Positions 50,671 through 64,000 of a DNA stretch of 64,000 nucleotides are shown in pieces. The notes beneath the pieces are model-generated. The model had not been told where the DNA came from. It did not search any database and saw nothing but the letters and a program-made list of their open reading frames with translations. The DNA comes from Lytechinus pictus. Its lineage: Eukaryota. Positions within the stretch are counted from its first letter, which is position 1. Each line of letters starts with the position of its first letter. The translations under genes were made by a program, and so were the position numbers. Location: positions 7,318,001 to 7,382,000 of the forward strand of contig NC_087250.1 in NCBI RefSeq assembly GCF_037042905.1, in the 5' to 3' direction.

Positions 50671-53145
50671 AGATATGGGGTGCTGGTTTGTTAAAAAGCC
50701 GAGAAAAAAATGTTTTCACTCCAAAATGAAAGGGGATTTGGTGAAGGGGGAAAATGACACAAAAAATTATTTCAACTAAATGAAGTTCTTTTATGTCCGA
50801 AAAAGAATTACAACAAAAATAATAACAATTAGATAATAAACAATGTTTTTTTTTCTTCTGTTTGAAAAATAACAGAGATTTGTATCAAATCTCTATACAG
50901 TTTAGCATACCAAGCTAATTACCAAGAGGGTGCTGCTTATGGTGTACAAAATACCCAACAGCACTTCCGCTTCCAAGGGTTATGACCATCAAGCCGTTTA
51001 TATCATATTGGATGCAGTGGTAAAGGTTCAGGGTCTTCTTTTATGCAAAGAATCTGAACCAGACAGTCCCCCTCGATCGACCCCAAATTGGTTTACCAGT
51101 CAAAACAAGATTATTATTGATTTTCATAATCAGAAATCAGTTACATATTCAGTTCCAAGCGTGGGAACGCATGCTTAATATTGTCATTCAAATATTCAAA
51201 AAGAATAGTACAGACTACATTACAAATAAGGACATAATATTTAATCACAATCTTTCGTGACAATTTCAACCTCTAAGCTTTACCCGCTATGTTCTCTAGG
51301 TTTTTCCCCTCCCCCTAACCCTCAGTCTCTGTCTCTCCACCTCTCTTATGTCTACACTTTCTCCTGTTTGCATGGTAAACCTGGCAAAACTTTAGAAATA
51401 AAAAAAAACAGCCAGACAAATAGGAATGTTATAAAAGGATGAATGAGAATAGTGCAGTCAGAAAGCGTTCACGGTACACCTCCATCAAATTCGTAAATAG
51501 CATTGTTAGGCCGATGAAGACATAATGATATGATGAAATGTCTAACCTTGACATGCACTTCTAATTTAATCTATGTACATGCGGGGGCTTTTTGACAATT
51601 CATTGCATGGGGGTTTAAGACTGGCCATATTTTACCTAGAGCTGTCAGCTATTATTTAGTTGAATTCCTATTCTGTTCATGATTCGAAAAAGTATTACGA
51701 ATGTCCCAGTCTTTACGTAATTCCTATCCTGTTCATGATTTGAAAAAGTACCACGAATGTCTAGTTTTTAGGTTGGAAAATCAAAAACTTTCAGCTCGTG
51801 CTTCGCGCTCGTATTAATGGTTTAGGTAGGTTCGAATCTAGTTCATGTTTTCAAAAACTGTTCAGAATGTTAAATTTCCAGGTCACAATTTCTGAAATAT
51901 CAACATACTTGGGCTAGCACTTCGCGCTCGCATTATTTATTGAGGCCTTTCATCTTTAGTAAGGAATACCTCCCCTCTTCGAAATATATACTGTATACAC
52001 CATTATATATATATATATATATATACATATATGTGTGTGTGTGTGTGTGTCCCCCCTACCTTCAAGGAGAGATTTCCGCCCATGGTGAGGCGTAATAATA
52101 ATTGAAATTATATCAATATTTAAGTTTAAAATGTACAGTACAACAAAATTACATCCTAGAGACAAGTATGCGTTTTACCGCACTTTTGAAGGAATGCACT
52201 GATAATATATTCCTAGTACTAGTAGGTATCGAATTCCAAACATCAGGTCCATAATGTCTGATAGATTTGTGAGCCAACAGTGTGCGAGGGTTATACAAAT
52301 GCATATTAGATGCTTGTCTTGTGTGGTAGGTATGGATAGCACTATTTTGTTGAAACATATTGGAAAAACAGGTAGGTAACATTTTGGCATTAAACCGATA
52401 CATAAAAAGGGAAGTTTGAAGAAAATGGACATCATCAACAGTAAGACATCGCAGCTTTGGGAACAATCCATGTGTCTACTGATATACTGAAAATACAATA
52501 AAAACCATTCTCAATTTTCTGAGAAAGTGACATTTCATTGATTTATTTTACCATACGATATGTAGGAATGCTGCTCGCATTATGACGTCACAAATCAAAT
52601 AATTAAAATTCTTATGACTTTTTTATTATTTGATTGATTTTTCCCAAACCTTTGGCAATAGTCTCTATTATTTTTTTTTCTGTTATTTTAAAAAAAAAAT
52701 TGTCAGGGTGAACTTCACCTTCAAAACATTCCATTTCATCTTATCTTATTGCAAAGGGTTTAGGGGACACCATGTTACAGCACATTTTAGTAAATAGTAC
52801 ATTTTGGTAAAGTAGGACACTGGCGGCACAGTTCGTTCACCTCTCCATAACACTCTAATCTCCAATAAGCGATACATTAATTAACATGCTATGTTTTCCT
52901 ATGTCCTACATTGGCAGATCCATAAGAGTTCCCCCTCCTCCTGGGTTTATTGTTGCCATGACACTACCTGATTCTTGGCCAAACAGAGGTTATCTCTTCA
53001 AACACGGTCGTACTTTATACAAAAAATAGCAAACAGTTAAAGAATAAAAACCAAATACAACAACAACAACAACAAAATAACAACGAAAAAGTAAATAGTG
53101 AAGCCAATGTTGCCACAGAGTCAAGCTTATATGATAATGGCAACC

Positions 53146-53362
53146 TAGTCTACAGGCCCAGACCTTTGATTTTGGCAATTTGCATAGTGTATTATGCATA
53201 ATGCAGAGTCTGCAGTTGTGAGACTAGACTCACTATGCAAATTGCCAAAATCAAAGGCTGCCTCTACTTATTTGACACAAACAGGGAGTTCTGCGTCTAG
53301 TCTTCACTCTAGACCTGGTATAATCGGTAAGGCGCCAAATTTGAGTCTGTACTTACAGACTA
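53146..53362. mobile_element. AcademH-like non-autonomous element
   Basis: TAGTCT...AGACTA ends; near 9-bp TSD ATGGCAACC/GTGCCAACC. Confidence 0.65.
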
Positions 53363-54610
53363 GTGCCAACCTTTGCAACCTTCTGATATGCCATAGAAAT
53401 TACAGCTTGTTTTTTGTCATTTTTGTTGCTTGTCGAGTATTTCTTACATATTCTGTTTACTGTATTCTCTTTGTAAATTTGTTTATGAAAGAGTGGCAGA
53501 AATCAATAAATGAATGAAACTGAAAACCGGGGGGTGAAGAACCTTGTCTACATAGACATTACCTTTGTGGTTCAAGATATAAGAAGATTCAAGAAGTTTA
53601 TTTCATTTCCATGACAAATATATATCAAATACAGATACAAATCAAAGTACGAGTACAAGATCAATCTTACCTAAGCATAACTATATAATAAAACATTGTA
53701 TAAAATAGTATTAAGCGTGTATAGAAATGAGGGATCCACTAAAAAACATTGCTTGTAGAGCGTGGATCCCCTATAGCGAGTTGAAGAAATAATTTCTATT
53801 AAGCAATTGAGAAAAGGCAAAGTAATAACAGTTAAAATTAAATGTGGTTCGGCTACCCGCCCCCCCCCCCCCCGCCCTTCCCCCAATTCACCATACTTCA
53901 CTATTAAAATCAATGAATGCTTAACCTGTCCATGAACAGGGGATCTTGTAGCTAATTATGTGACTAAAATCCGGTCGACGGCTATAAGGGATATATTGTG
54001 GGGCCGGGTAGTCGTTTTATTATGGGATGATCGGTGAAAAGGGGGCTCCGGAATTGACACAGGATATGTGGATTAACCAAGGAAAAAAGACATGATTCAA
54101 TAGACCAGCTTACATCTCCCATTTCAATTCCACCTGGACTTACTTGAACGATATGTATGTCGGGTAGCTTTTAATGTTGCCCCAGGTTTGCCCGACATAA
54201 CATTGGTATTAAATAAAGCACATTTTCTTCAAGTATTTAAAAGGGTTGCCAAAATCATTTTTATTAGATAAGTGGGTTTTTACCGATTCGAGAGACATTG
54301 GTATATGCTATTTTATTAGTGTATACTGGCTCGTATGCTGAAGCCTGGTTTAAGTTAGACGGTGGTCTAAAACTCTGGGAAGCCACATGAGTTTCAAAAT
54401 ATCCCTACAATTTTATGTTTTCTATCTTCACTTAGATTTCCTCTTTCCACCTTTTTTCTTGGTCGTGAAACTTCGGGGGGGGGGGCATGGCCATCCTAAG
54501 CCCCCTGCCTCCATCTGTACGCCAGTGGCTCCTCTTCATAACATTTCAATATCTCTGAATCAAAATACACACCCCAAACACGCATCACAACTTGTTTTAA
54601 TGAGCATTAA

Positions 54611-55205
54611 AGGGGAATCCAGCCTTGACCATTAAATGTTGTGTTGGGAAGGAGAAAAATAAATTGAACGGAATGGTGAAAGTTTGAAAGAAATCGGACA
54701 AGCAATAAGAAAGTTATAGCTGCTTTAAAATTGAGATCACTAATACTATGTAGATTTCAAATTGGCAACTGGGTAAGTAAATTATGACAAGGGGCAAGGA
54801 CAACTTTCTCATAGGCCATGTACTTTATTATCAGGGATTTGTGGTTTTCTACTAAGTACCCATTCCCCTGGGGCAGTAATCTAAATATAACCCTGGTAGT
54901 ATATAGTTTTATGTCCTCATGAAAGAAAAATATAATTTGAAATAAAACTTTTGGGAAAAATGACATTTTAGCCATAATATGTATTGGAGTACATGGAAGA
55001 GTAGTCCCTGCCTTACATCACTATGACATCCCGTATGCGGCCAATTTGAAGTCTCCATGAGTATAGTGATTACCAATATTTATAACTTTTAAAAATTAAT
55101 AACTTTCTTGTTGTTTGTCCAATATTGTTCAAACTTTCACCTATCAACTTGTCTGATTTTTCTTTTCCTAATAAAAACAAGTTTTTATTTGGGTTGGATT
55201 CCCCT
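54611..55205 (+). mobile_element. Kolobok-like MITE (family C)
   Basis: TTAA TSD; near-identical to 22119-22712. Confidence 0.9.
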
Positions 55206-55770
55206 TTAACTTAGGGTCTTTTCACACGTAAATCTTGAATCATCAATGTAATGATCGATGATTGCAATTCGTCTGTAGAATCATCGGACCTTTCACAAGG
55301 AAAATTCATACCTTAATTTGAGCGAAACTTAACTGGAATTCGCCTCCGGAGTAAAATTTGAATTCGTGATTGTGATTAGCGTTCATGATTCTAGTTTGGT
55401 TTCATACGTGCTGAAAAAAAATCGTCATTGGCCTTATTTTTCCCATGAATCATCATTTAAATTACGAATTTCTTTTTACCGTGTGAAAGGGTGGTTAGAA
55501 TCGTCCCGACTAAACAAATATTAATGATTTTTTTTAAAGAAATTTATCTTATATTTTCCGCACTCATCAAAGATTGCGACTGTGCTACTGGCGAAGAAGC
55601 GTTGGATATTTGATGAATATTCAATAGCATAAACGCCAATCATATGGTGGAATTTGAGTACACCTCTCCATATGAATAAGTCATGAAGACAATGATGAAT
55701 ATTCATTTCAAAATGACCAATCACGGAATGACATTGCTGCCTATATAAACGTGAATGGGAAAAGTGGGTT

Positions 55771-56854
55771 CAGTCAGACTGCAGGTCCCTATGCTAATGA
55801 GCAAAAAGGCCAGATTCATCCAAATCATCTCGTGGCTGAATCCTCCTCCTTGCAAAATCTCGTGATTCGTGAGATTTTCTTTCTCTAAGAATTTACCTGT
55901 TTTAACCTCAAGTTAAATGAAATATTATTGCACCATCAGATAGAGTAAAAGTTACTCTTTCATATTGGTCATTTATTTTGTATACAATATTTTGTTAAAT
56001 AAGTAAATTTCTGGCCTGAAAATGTGCCTCAAAACTGAATTTTCTTCCTCTGTTTTCTTTTGCAAATTGTGCAAAACTTTTTATTTTGAGCCTCAATGAT
56101 ATTTATATCAACATAAAGCTGAACTTCTGTACTTTCTCACAATGCCACTCTTGATATGCAGCACCTTTTAATCGGGTCAAGATCACACTTTTCCCACCAA
56201 GGTACAAGACGAGATTTCTGAAATTTTGTACTTGCATGAAATCCAGAGTTCTGATTGGCTGGATAAGATTCACAGAACAACAGGCGCGGGGTATTTGAGG
56301 AGATTACCACATGGGAAGTGTGACCTTCCCACGAACCCAGGCACTGGAACCGTTGGAATTTGCCAGTGTGCGGTCTCTTTGACCAATCAGAGTGCAGTAT
56401 TCTTGTTTTCAAGCTGCTTTATGTACTTGGCAAATGAAAAGTGTGATCTTGACCCGATTAAACCAATTCTTATTTTGAAACCTATATCATTTTAAAGCAT
56501 ACATATTCAGCTTTATCATGATATAAAAATCATTTGGGCTCAAACAAAAATAAAGTGTGAAAATAGCAGCTTTTGTCAGGTGAAAATATTTATTTTGTAG
56601 CATATTTTAAATCAAAATTTTAACCTATATTACAAAATCTTTGAATAAATCCAAACACATGACCTGAAAGAATGATTCTTCTTCTTTACAATGGTACCAA
56701 ATTCATGAAATTTGATGCACAATTAGAGCAGCAATGACCGAATGAAAAGAGGTGTTTTGGTCCGCATCAAGCTCATTAAATATGCAAAACATCTCAAGTC
56801 ATGAATATCACTTGGATGAAAGAAGCCACTTTCTTGGGACCTGCAGTCTGACTG
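55771..56854. mobile_element. TIR element with 4-bp TSD and an inner inverted repeat pair
   Basis: Perfect 19-bp TIR CAGTCAGACTGCAGGTCCC; flanks GGTT/GGTT; inner 27-bp IR at 56167-56193 / 56436-56462. Confidence 0.8.
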
Positions 56855-57552
56855 GGTTCAGGAAAGTTGTGTCAAGGTTATACCATGAAGCTATTATGGT
56901 TGTAGTGACGTCATGTTTTATTGTGTTATTTTGGTGGGAAGCCACGGATGATGCCCAGCGATACGCAGCCCCAGAGGTCATTGTATTTCTACCGAACTAA
57001 TGGAGACAATAATATTTTTATGACAGGAAGTTTGTCAATGATAAAGAATTGAAAACTAACTCAATATGTCAGGGTTGCTTTGCTTTGTAGTATAATGTAC
57101 ACGTTCTTTGTTGTTCTTTCCTGGAAAATAAGAGAAAAACGTCATCTTGTGGTGATTTAATTTTGCTGAAATCCAATGTTTATTCTATGAAATGTTGATA
57201 TATGAAGATGGTATTGTGTTTTTGTCAGATTTAAAGTTATAACTATTACAGAAAATTTAGAAGATTATAGCGAATCGTGTACTTACCAAATCAGTAGTTA
57301 TACCTTGAAGCTTGGATAGGGAGGGGAAACGTTCTCTATTCCGTCATTTGAACTTACCATGTTTACTGACATGTAAAGTAGACATACGAAGAAAATGATA
57401 TGACGTTTGACTTGAAATATATCATGGATAGTACAGAGAAAAAAATAAAACACAAAACTTGTAATTGTTTTTTGGAAATTTTTGACGCAAAACAATCTTA
57501 AGGACTAAAACTAAATACGAAATTCGGCTGTTCCCTAACTAAAGTCCACCTA

Positions 57553-57794
57553 CAATGCAAAAACTCCGGTGTTGATTTAACACCAGTCCGGAATCTATTT
57601 ATGTCAACACCAGAGAAGTATTGAAACAACACCAGTTTGGAATCAAACCGATGCTGTTTTAATACTAACTGGTGTTGTATAAACATCTTTCTGGTGTTAG
57701 ACCAAAAAGAAACTGGTGTTGTTTAACACTTCTCTGGTGTGGACATATATAGATTCCGGGCTGGTGTCAAATCAACACCGGAGTTTTTGCAGTG
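57553..57794. mobile_element. TA-flanked palindromic MITE
   Basis: Homologous to 40127-40367. Confidence 0.85.
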
Positions 57795-58059
57795 TAGATT
57801 CACGTCCACTCTTCCACTTTCTCGCCTCTCGAGCTCCTTTCTTTTCTCTTCTCTTCATTTCCCTTCATTTAGCCCATCCTTTGTGTAAATTGTTGTTTAG
57901 TCATAATTATAGGCGTATCCCACCACAAGCCCATGTAATGCTTCCCTGCATTTTACGCCTCCGTCAGTACCCGTAATTGATATTTCATGTTGCTACCGAT
58001 ATTCCTATATACCCTTCAGTTCTTTCCGGATAGTATTTGTAATCCAATGATTTTGTCTA

Positions 58060-60226
58060 CAGTGCGTCCCAAAAAAAACTATACACTTTTGAAATGGCTG
58101 CCAAATAAAAAGTATATCACTTTGGGGGGAAAGACTTATACATATGGAAAGCCGATAAAGTCATCTTTCAAATGACACCAAAATGTTGGAAAACTATTCA
58201 TGCTTGAGTGAGCACTACCCGCTTAAACAAAGGGTATGAAAATTAGGGTGGGCAGGAATTCGCCTTTCGGTTTCTTTCAGTTTTTGAGAGGCGAGTCCCT
58301 TGGAACTTGAAAACTTGAGGGTGTTCTGATGAATTGATGGTCATTCATTATCAATTTAAATTGTTAGAGCAAATTTCATGAATTATCAAATTGAAATTCC
58401 ATGCATGAGTGAGCATGAATTGCAATCTTTAGTGAAGCATTTTAACTTACAATGTGGGTCTCAGCAGTGTGTTCATTGGAGTCAGGAGAATAGGGGTAAG
58501 AAATGACTTCAGTGTGTGAAGTAAGCTGATGGGAAAAGGGTCAACAGAACGTTTAGCCTCCCTCCTACAGGTCCGTCCCTCCCCCCTCCTGTTGAGATTG
58601 AGACTGATTGCTATTACATGTACGCATTAAGTGCAAAGCGGACTGTCAATTTGATAATAAATTCTGAAAATTAGATCATCAACTTTTATCTATCAATCAT
58701 TCAATCAAAAATCTGTTAGTAAATAAACTCAATCAATGTCATCAATCAAATATTCACCTTTTTCAATAAATTATCAATCAAACATTCAGCTTTTTCAATA
58801 AATGATTTCATAAATTATCATAATTAGTCAAGTTCTTAATAAATCATTAGATGGAAAAGAAAGACCCATCAACCATCAGTCACTTGGCATTTTAAGTTTT
58901 AAATACCAACCAAGAGAAAGAAAGGGGTGGAGGGCGGGGTGAGTACATGACATGTAATTTGTAAGAGAACACAAAGAAGAATGCACCTTTAACCCAGTCT
59001 TACCCTATATCATCCCCTTGCATGTAACAGGTACCATCACATTACTCTGACTCTCACAAGCACACTTGCTAAGATCCACATAATAAACGAAAAATGCTAC
59101 ACTAAAATTACAATTCCTGTTTACATTACATTTCAATTTTAAAACTCGTGAAATTTGCTTAAGAAACCAAAACGGATCTCCATTTATCAGTAATTTAGCA
59201 TAACACCCTTAACTTTGCAAGTTCCAAAGGACTCACCTCAAAAAAAAAAAGTAATTAAGGCTAATTCCTGCTCACCCTAGCAAAGGCTAGTCTCTCAGGA
59301 GGGGTGAAAGGGGTAGAGAGAGAGAGGGGAGGGGTTAAGTGTTCTGTTGACCCATATCCCGTCAACCTACTTCCCCCACCTAAGTCCTATCCCTATTCTG
59401 ACTTCCATGAACACATTGCTGAGATCCACTTAAAAAGTGAAAAATTGTATTTCATGTTCACTCATACATTAAATTTCAATTTAATAATTCTTAAAATTTG
59501 CTCTAAAAACCTAAACTGATAATGCTTGATCATTGATTTATCAAAACATCCTCAACTTTGCAAGTTCCAAGGGACTCGCATCTCAAAAACTGAAAGAAAT
59601 TGGAAGGCTAATTCCTGCCCACCCTAATTTTCATACCCTTTGTTTTAGTGGGCAGTGCTCGCTCAAGCATGAAAAGTTTTCCAACTTTTTGGTGTCATTT
59701 TAAAGTTGACTTTATAGGCTTCCATGTTTGTAAGTGTTTTCCCCCAAAGTGATATATTTTCTGTTGACCCATATCCCGTCAACCTACTTCCCCCACCTAA
59801 GTCCTATCCCTATTCTGACTTCCATGAACACATTGCTGAGATCCACTTAAAAAGTGAAAAATTGTATTTCATGTTCACTCATACATTAAATTTCAATTTA
59901 ATAATTCTTAAAATTTGCTCTAAAAACCTAAACTGATAATGCTTGATCATTGATTTATCAAAACATCCTCAACTTTGCAAGTTCCAAGGGACTCGCATCT
60001 CAAAAACTGAAAGAAATTGGAAGGCTAATTCCTGCCCACCCTAATTTTCATACCCTTTGTTTTAGTGGGCAGTGCTCGCTCAAGCATGAAAAGTTTTCCA
60101 ACTTTTTGGTGTCATTTTAAAGTTGACTTTATAGGCTTCCATGTTTGTAAGTGTTTTCCCCCAAAGTGATATATTTTTTATTTGGCAGCCATTTCAAAAG
60201 TGTATAGTTTTTTTTGGGACGCACTG
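58060..60226. mobile_element. Non-autonomous Tc1/mariner-like element with long TIRs and an internal 417-bp tandem duplication
   Basis: TA TSD; TIR CAGTGCGTCCCAAAAAAAACTATACACTTTTGAAATGGCTGCC; 59343-59759 equals 59760-60176. Confidence 0.9.
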
Positions 60227-60265
60227 TATAATAGCCCTTACTTATATTTCATTTCTTGTAATATA

Positions 60266-61083
60266 CAGTGCGTCCCAGAAAAAACGAAACCGAGATTTAG
60301 CGATGATTTATCATAACTTAATCATAAATAAAATAGACAAATGACCTACCAATGTAAAGCTTAGAATCTCCTCTTTCATCTGGTATTACTTAGATTATTC
60401 CTCATTCATGCATGATTGAGCAAAAACAATTCGAAGAAAGGATGCCAAAAACTCATTTGGCGGGGGGTATCTGAATTTCAAAAAGAAAATCACATGACTA
60501 AAAAGTTCAATATCTTCGCTTTTCTTTGATACCTAAATCACAGAAAATGGTCAAGTAGTAAAAAAGTTATGATCCCTCGAAACAATGCTTGTATTTCCAT
60601 CATTTCATTAAATAAACGTGTTTTCACCGGTTTCCCACAGAAGCTATCGCACCGTAACAACAGACTTAATGCATGGCTGATCGTCAACAAAACGGAGTGT
60701 CGAGTGAGTTTGAACGCTAGCCTGTAAAACCTCTTCATTTTATGAAATTATTGAAATTCAAGCCTTATTTCAAATAACCAGAACTTTGTTATTTCTTGAC
60801 CATTTTCTGTAATTGAGGTATCAAATTAAAGAGCAGATATTGAACATTTTAAAAATGTGGTTTTCTTTTTAAAACCCAGATACGGCCCGCAAGTGACTTT
60901 TTGGTATCCCCTTTTCAAATTGTTTTTGCTCACTCATGCGTGAATGAGAAATAATGTTAGTAATTTCAGATGAAAGAAGAGATTATAAACTTTAAAATGG
61001 TAGGTCATTTGTCTATTGTATTTGCGATTAAGTTATGATAAATCATCGATAAATCTAGGTTTCGTTTTTTGTGGGACGCACTG
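60266..61083. mobile_element. Tc1/mariner-like MITE
   Basis: TA TSD; TIR CAGTGCGTCCCA; long imperfect inverted arms. Confidence 0.85.
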
Positions 61084-62433
61084 TACAACCCTTATTCCTC
61101 TTTAACATTGATGTCACGTTGCTATTGTTTGTAATGATCTTGATATTTTATAGTTTTAGACATACGTTTATGACTGATTGTCGTTGTTTCACTCGATTTT
61201 CTATAATGCCATAATTATTTCATTGCTATCATTTCAGTGTTTTTTATCAGTGAATAAATTATACAATTAGTAGTTTTATAATTAGTAACTGTTCCCTTTT
61301 GATAACTTAACTATTTCAGTTTGATTCATATTATCATTTATATTTTGTTAATGTTCCTTTTTTATTATCAAAATGTGAAGTATATGCCCACACCATTTTT
61401 TCCTTCAAATTATGTATTATGTTTATATTGTATGCATTATGAATTATTTTGTATATTACAAACAATGTAAATATTTATGATAATGTATTGTGAACGCAGA
61501 AATAAAAATAAAACAAACAAAACAAACAATTTAAGTAAAAATATTTGTTTATTTATGTTACCAAGCATTGTTATCTTTGACTTAGATTTTGACTTTATTT
61601 TCATGTATGATATGATGATTTATGTTGTTCTTTATGTTTTCATCAGGTCATTGATGAAAAATATTTTTATGTTGATCTTTTGTACCTGATAAATATGTTC
61701 TAATAAATAAATAAATAAATAAATAAATAAGTTATGTTTGTACTATATCATTGACTTATATACTTTTATGAAAAATATATTGGAAGAAAAATAAATGTTT
61801 ACTTGAATTTAATTGAATTTAAAAAAAATTATCTCAATTCATTTTGCTTGTATTTTTGTTTTAACCAACAGTTATTAGAGTCATATTTTAACCAAGTGAA
61901 AGCTTGGTTTAAGTATTTCTGAGAGTATATACCATATAGTACTAATAGCCCGGGACTAATAGTCACGTGTTTGGGTGTTTGGATTATTGCTTCTAATCTT
62001 TATGAGGACCCGTCCTTGTATTAAAAATAAACTATTGTATAAAGATAAATGAGTAGTGGTAACGTTATAAAGTTCAGTTAGTACAGAATCCAATAAAGTA
62101 AATAAAAATAAGAATAGTTACATCTATGTAGCGTTTCTTACATTCTGTTTGTAAGCGCTTTACATCGCAATTATTATTACCCCGGTCATCGCTAAAAATG
62201 ACAGTCCCAGTGCCTGTTTGCATAGATAAAAAAAAAAATATGCGCCAAATGATTATAGAAGAAATTGGGAAATTGCTGGGAAATTAGCAAAAACGCATGA
62301 GATTATAGCAAAATGTCGGGTCTGTTTCCAAGCAATACTAATACACTGTCCCACTTGTACTTTTTTGTGTTTGCAATCCACAGTGTGTTCGATTTTAGCA
62401 AAGATTTTCTGATTTAAAAAAGTTCAGTGTATG

Positions 62434-63314
62434 CAGGGGTGGGCGAAACGTATTTTCGTTTGGGGGCAAAGCCAAAAAAGGGCACTTTCCAAAAAAGGGC
62501 ATTTTGGTGCAAACGGATATTTTCACCATGAGCATGATGAGATTATTATCTGTGTGAAGAAGTTGTGTGCTTTGTAGTAATTAAGTTGAGCAATTTTTTT
62601 AAAGTGATTTCTGATTGATAAGATATATGTTTAGGTCTTATTTTTCGCGAGCGAGTGTAGCGAGCGAGCAGTTTGGAAAAATGATCAAATCTGAAGTTGT
62701 AAAACTCGCTTTTTGGTCAATTATGGACCTATTTCCTGTTAAAATTTACGAAATGTTGCGAGCGCGAATCACAAGCTAAAACTTTTTGAAATTTCATGTA
62801 ATCAGACATGAAAAATAAACATTCCGAGCATTTTTTGTAATCATGGAAAAGGGATGTGAATAAAAGTAAAGAATTAACGCGAGCGCGAAGCGCGAGCTGA
62901 AATTTTTGATTTACTGACCAGAAAACGAACCCTTTAAAGACTGCATTTAGTGACTGATGAATAGGATACGGGCTACAATCTCACCAATCGAATAATGCGA
63001 GCGCGAGCTGAAAATTTGTCATATTCTAACTAGAAAACTGGAAATTCTAGGCATTTTTGTAATTATGAACAGGACGAATACCTTATACTAATAATAATTG
63101 ATGCGAGTGCGAAGCGCGAGTCAAAAATTTTGTGATTTTCTGACCTAAAATGTATTATGTTTTACTTCAAAAAGGATAATATCATTTTGAAAAAGGGCAC
63201 ATTTTCATCTTGTAAAAAAAGCATTTTCCATTTTGAAAAAAGGGGGCATTTTTTCCTACAGGGATTTTTTGGGGGGCACTTGCCCTGCCTGCACCCCCGG
63301 TTCCGCCGCCCCTG
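62434..63314. mobile_element. Non-autonomous hAT-like element
   Basis: CAGGGG...CCCCTG ends; near-TSD AGTGTATG/AGTTTATG; GCGAGCGCGAAGCGCGAGC motifs. Confidence 0.8.
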
Positions 63315-63443
63315 AGTTTATGTATCTATACCAGATCTGCATGGAAGATGATGAAGCAGGAATTAATCTCGGTATTTTATGAAATAATGGTTTACTGCAA
63401 ATATTTTCATTGATCTTTACCCTACCCTTATATATATTTTCAG

Positions 63444-63571
63444 AATCATATGGTCATCGAGACGGCTTATATTAGCATGGTGTTTGGCACTCATTTTGAC
63501 CATCATGATTAGCGTGAAAACAACACCCCGACATATCACCCGGTCACGAACGAAAAATCAAGAAAGTGAAG
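63444..63571 (+). CDS. Gene 2 exon encoding a type II signal-anchor and stem (possibly a Golgi glycosyl- or sulfotransferase-like N-terminus)
   Basis: tttcag|A...GAAG|gtatgt; (R)IIWSSRRLILAWCLALILTIMISVKTTPRHITRSRTKNQESE; the gene continues beyond the window. Confidence 0.6.
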
Positions 63572-64000
63572 GTATGTACAAGTTTTCATAGGAGAGGTTT
63601 GTCCATCCATCTCCGGTTCGAAACCCTCCTTTTTTTTTGGGGGGGGGGTCTCGTTGCATATTCACAGCAAAAACTGTGGTGTTGACCATTGTTGACTGGT
63701 GCACATCGATGACCACACCATCAGCGTCAAATTGCAGGTGTTAGTTCGTCACCTTATGGGTGCTAAAGTACCCTTTGATTACTACCTTAACACTCTCTGG
63801 GATTATGTTCAAACTTATGGTGTGATTTCTAAGACCTCGTGACGCCGGTTTTAACACTGTATGTTTAACGATTGATTGCAGGACACTCTTTACGATTGAC
63901 TCCATTTTCAATCAATCATAAAAATCAGTCCCAATCTTTGTTTTAAGGGGCCTTGTTTCAATGATTTGATTTTGATTGAAGCCTTTCGTTATCACTGCGA

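Larger units (their letters stand above)
47148..52084. mobile_element. 4.9-kb non-autonomous hAT-like element with nested insertions
   Basis: TIR CATGGGCGGAAATC / GATTTCCGCCCATG; perfect 8-bp TSD GTGAGGCG. Confidence 0.9.
46762..52470 (-). mobile_element. 3' fragment of a CR1/L2-group LINE (ORF2 C-terminus 52149-52466; 3'UTR/tail 46762-47147), split by a hAT-like insertion
   Basis: ...HTYHTRQ...SIRHYGPDVWNSIP...SFKSAVK; (TAAA)n tail on the minus strand. Confidence 0.8.

Overview
AT-rich, intron-rich animal genomic DNA, dense in repeats. The DeuSINE-type core, the TTAA/TA/8-9 bp-TSD MITE families and the gene style suggest an invertebrate deuterostome, probably a sea urchin (inference). Genes: (1) the last four coding exons of an MS4A/CD20-like tetraspan membrane protein (+; 4255-4419, 13107-13292, 15483-15537, 16699-16946); (2) an inverted orphan paralogous exon (25705-25759, -); (3) the 5' part of a second + strand gene (promoter/exon 1 about 37870-38388, exons 45791-45948 and 63444-63571) with a type II membrane N-terminus. 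The rest is mostly transposon debris: a 5'-truncated CR1/L2-group LINE, tRNA SINEs, Kolobok-, hAT-, P-, AcademH-, Tc1- and Harbinger-like non-autonomous elements (often nested), satellites and microsatellites. The most striking observation is a short (CA)n-tailed retroposon at 29742-29927. Its head resembles the 7SL/Alu domain and is joined to a B box and a Deu-like core, and a second 5'-truncated copy lies at 14583-14684. This is a candidate 7SL-derived SINE outside the lineages where I know such SINEs to be described. All calls were made by eye, without database searches.
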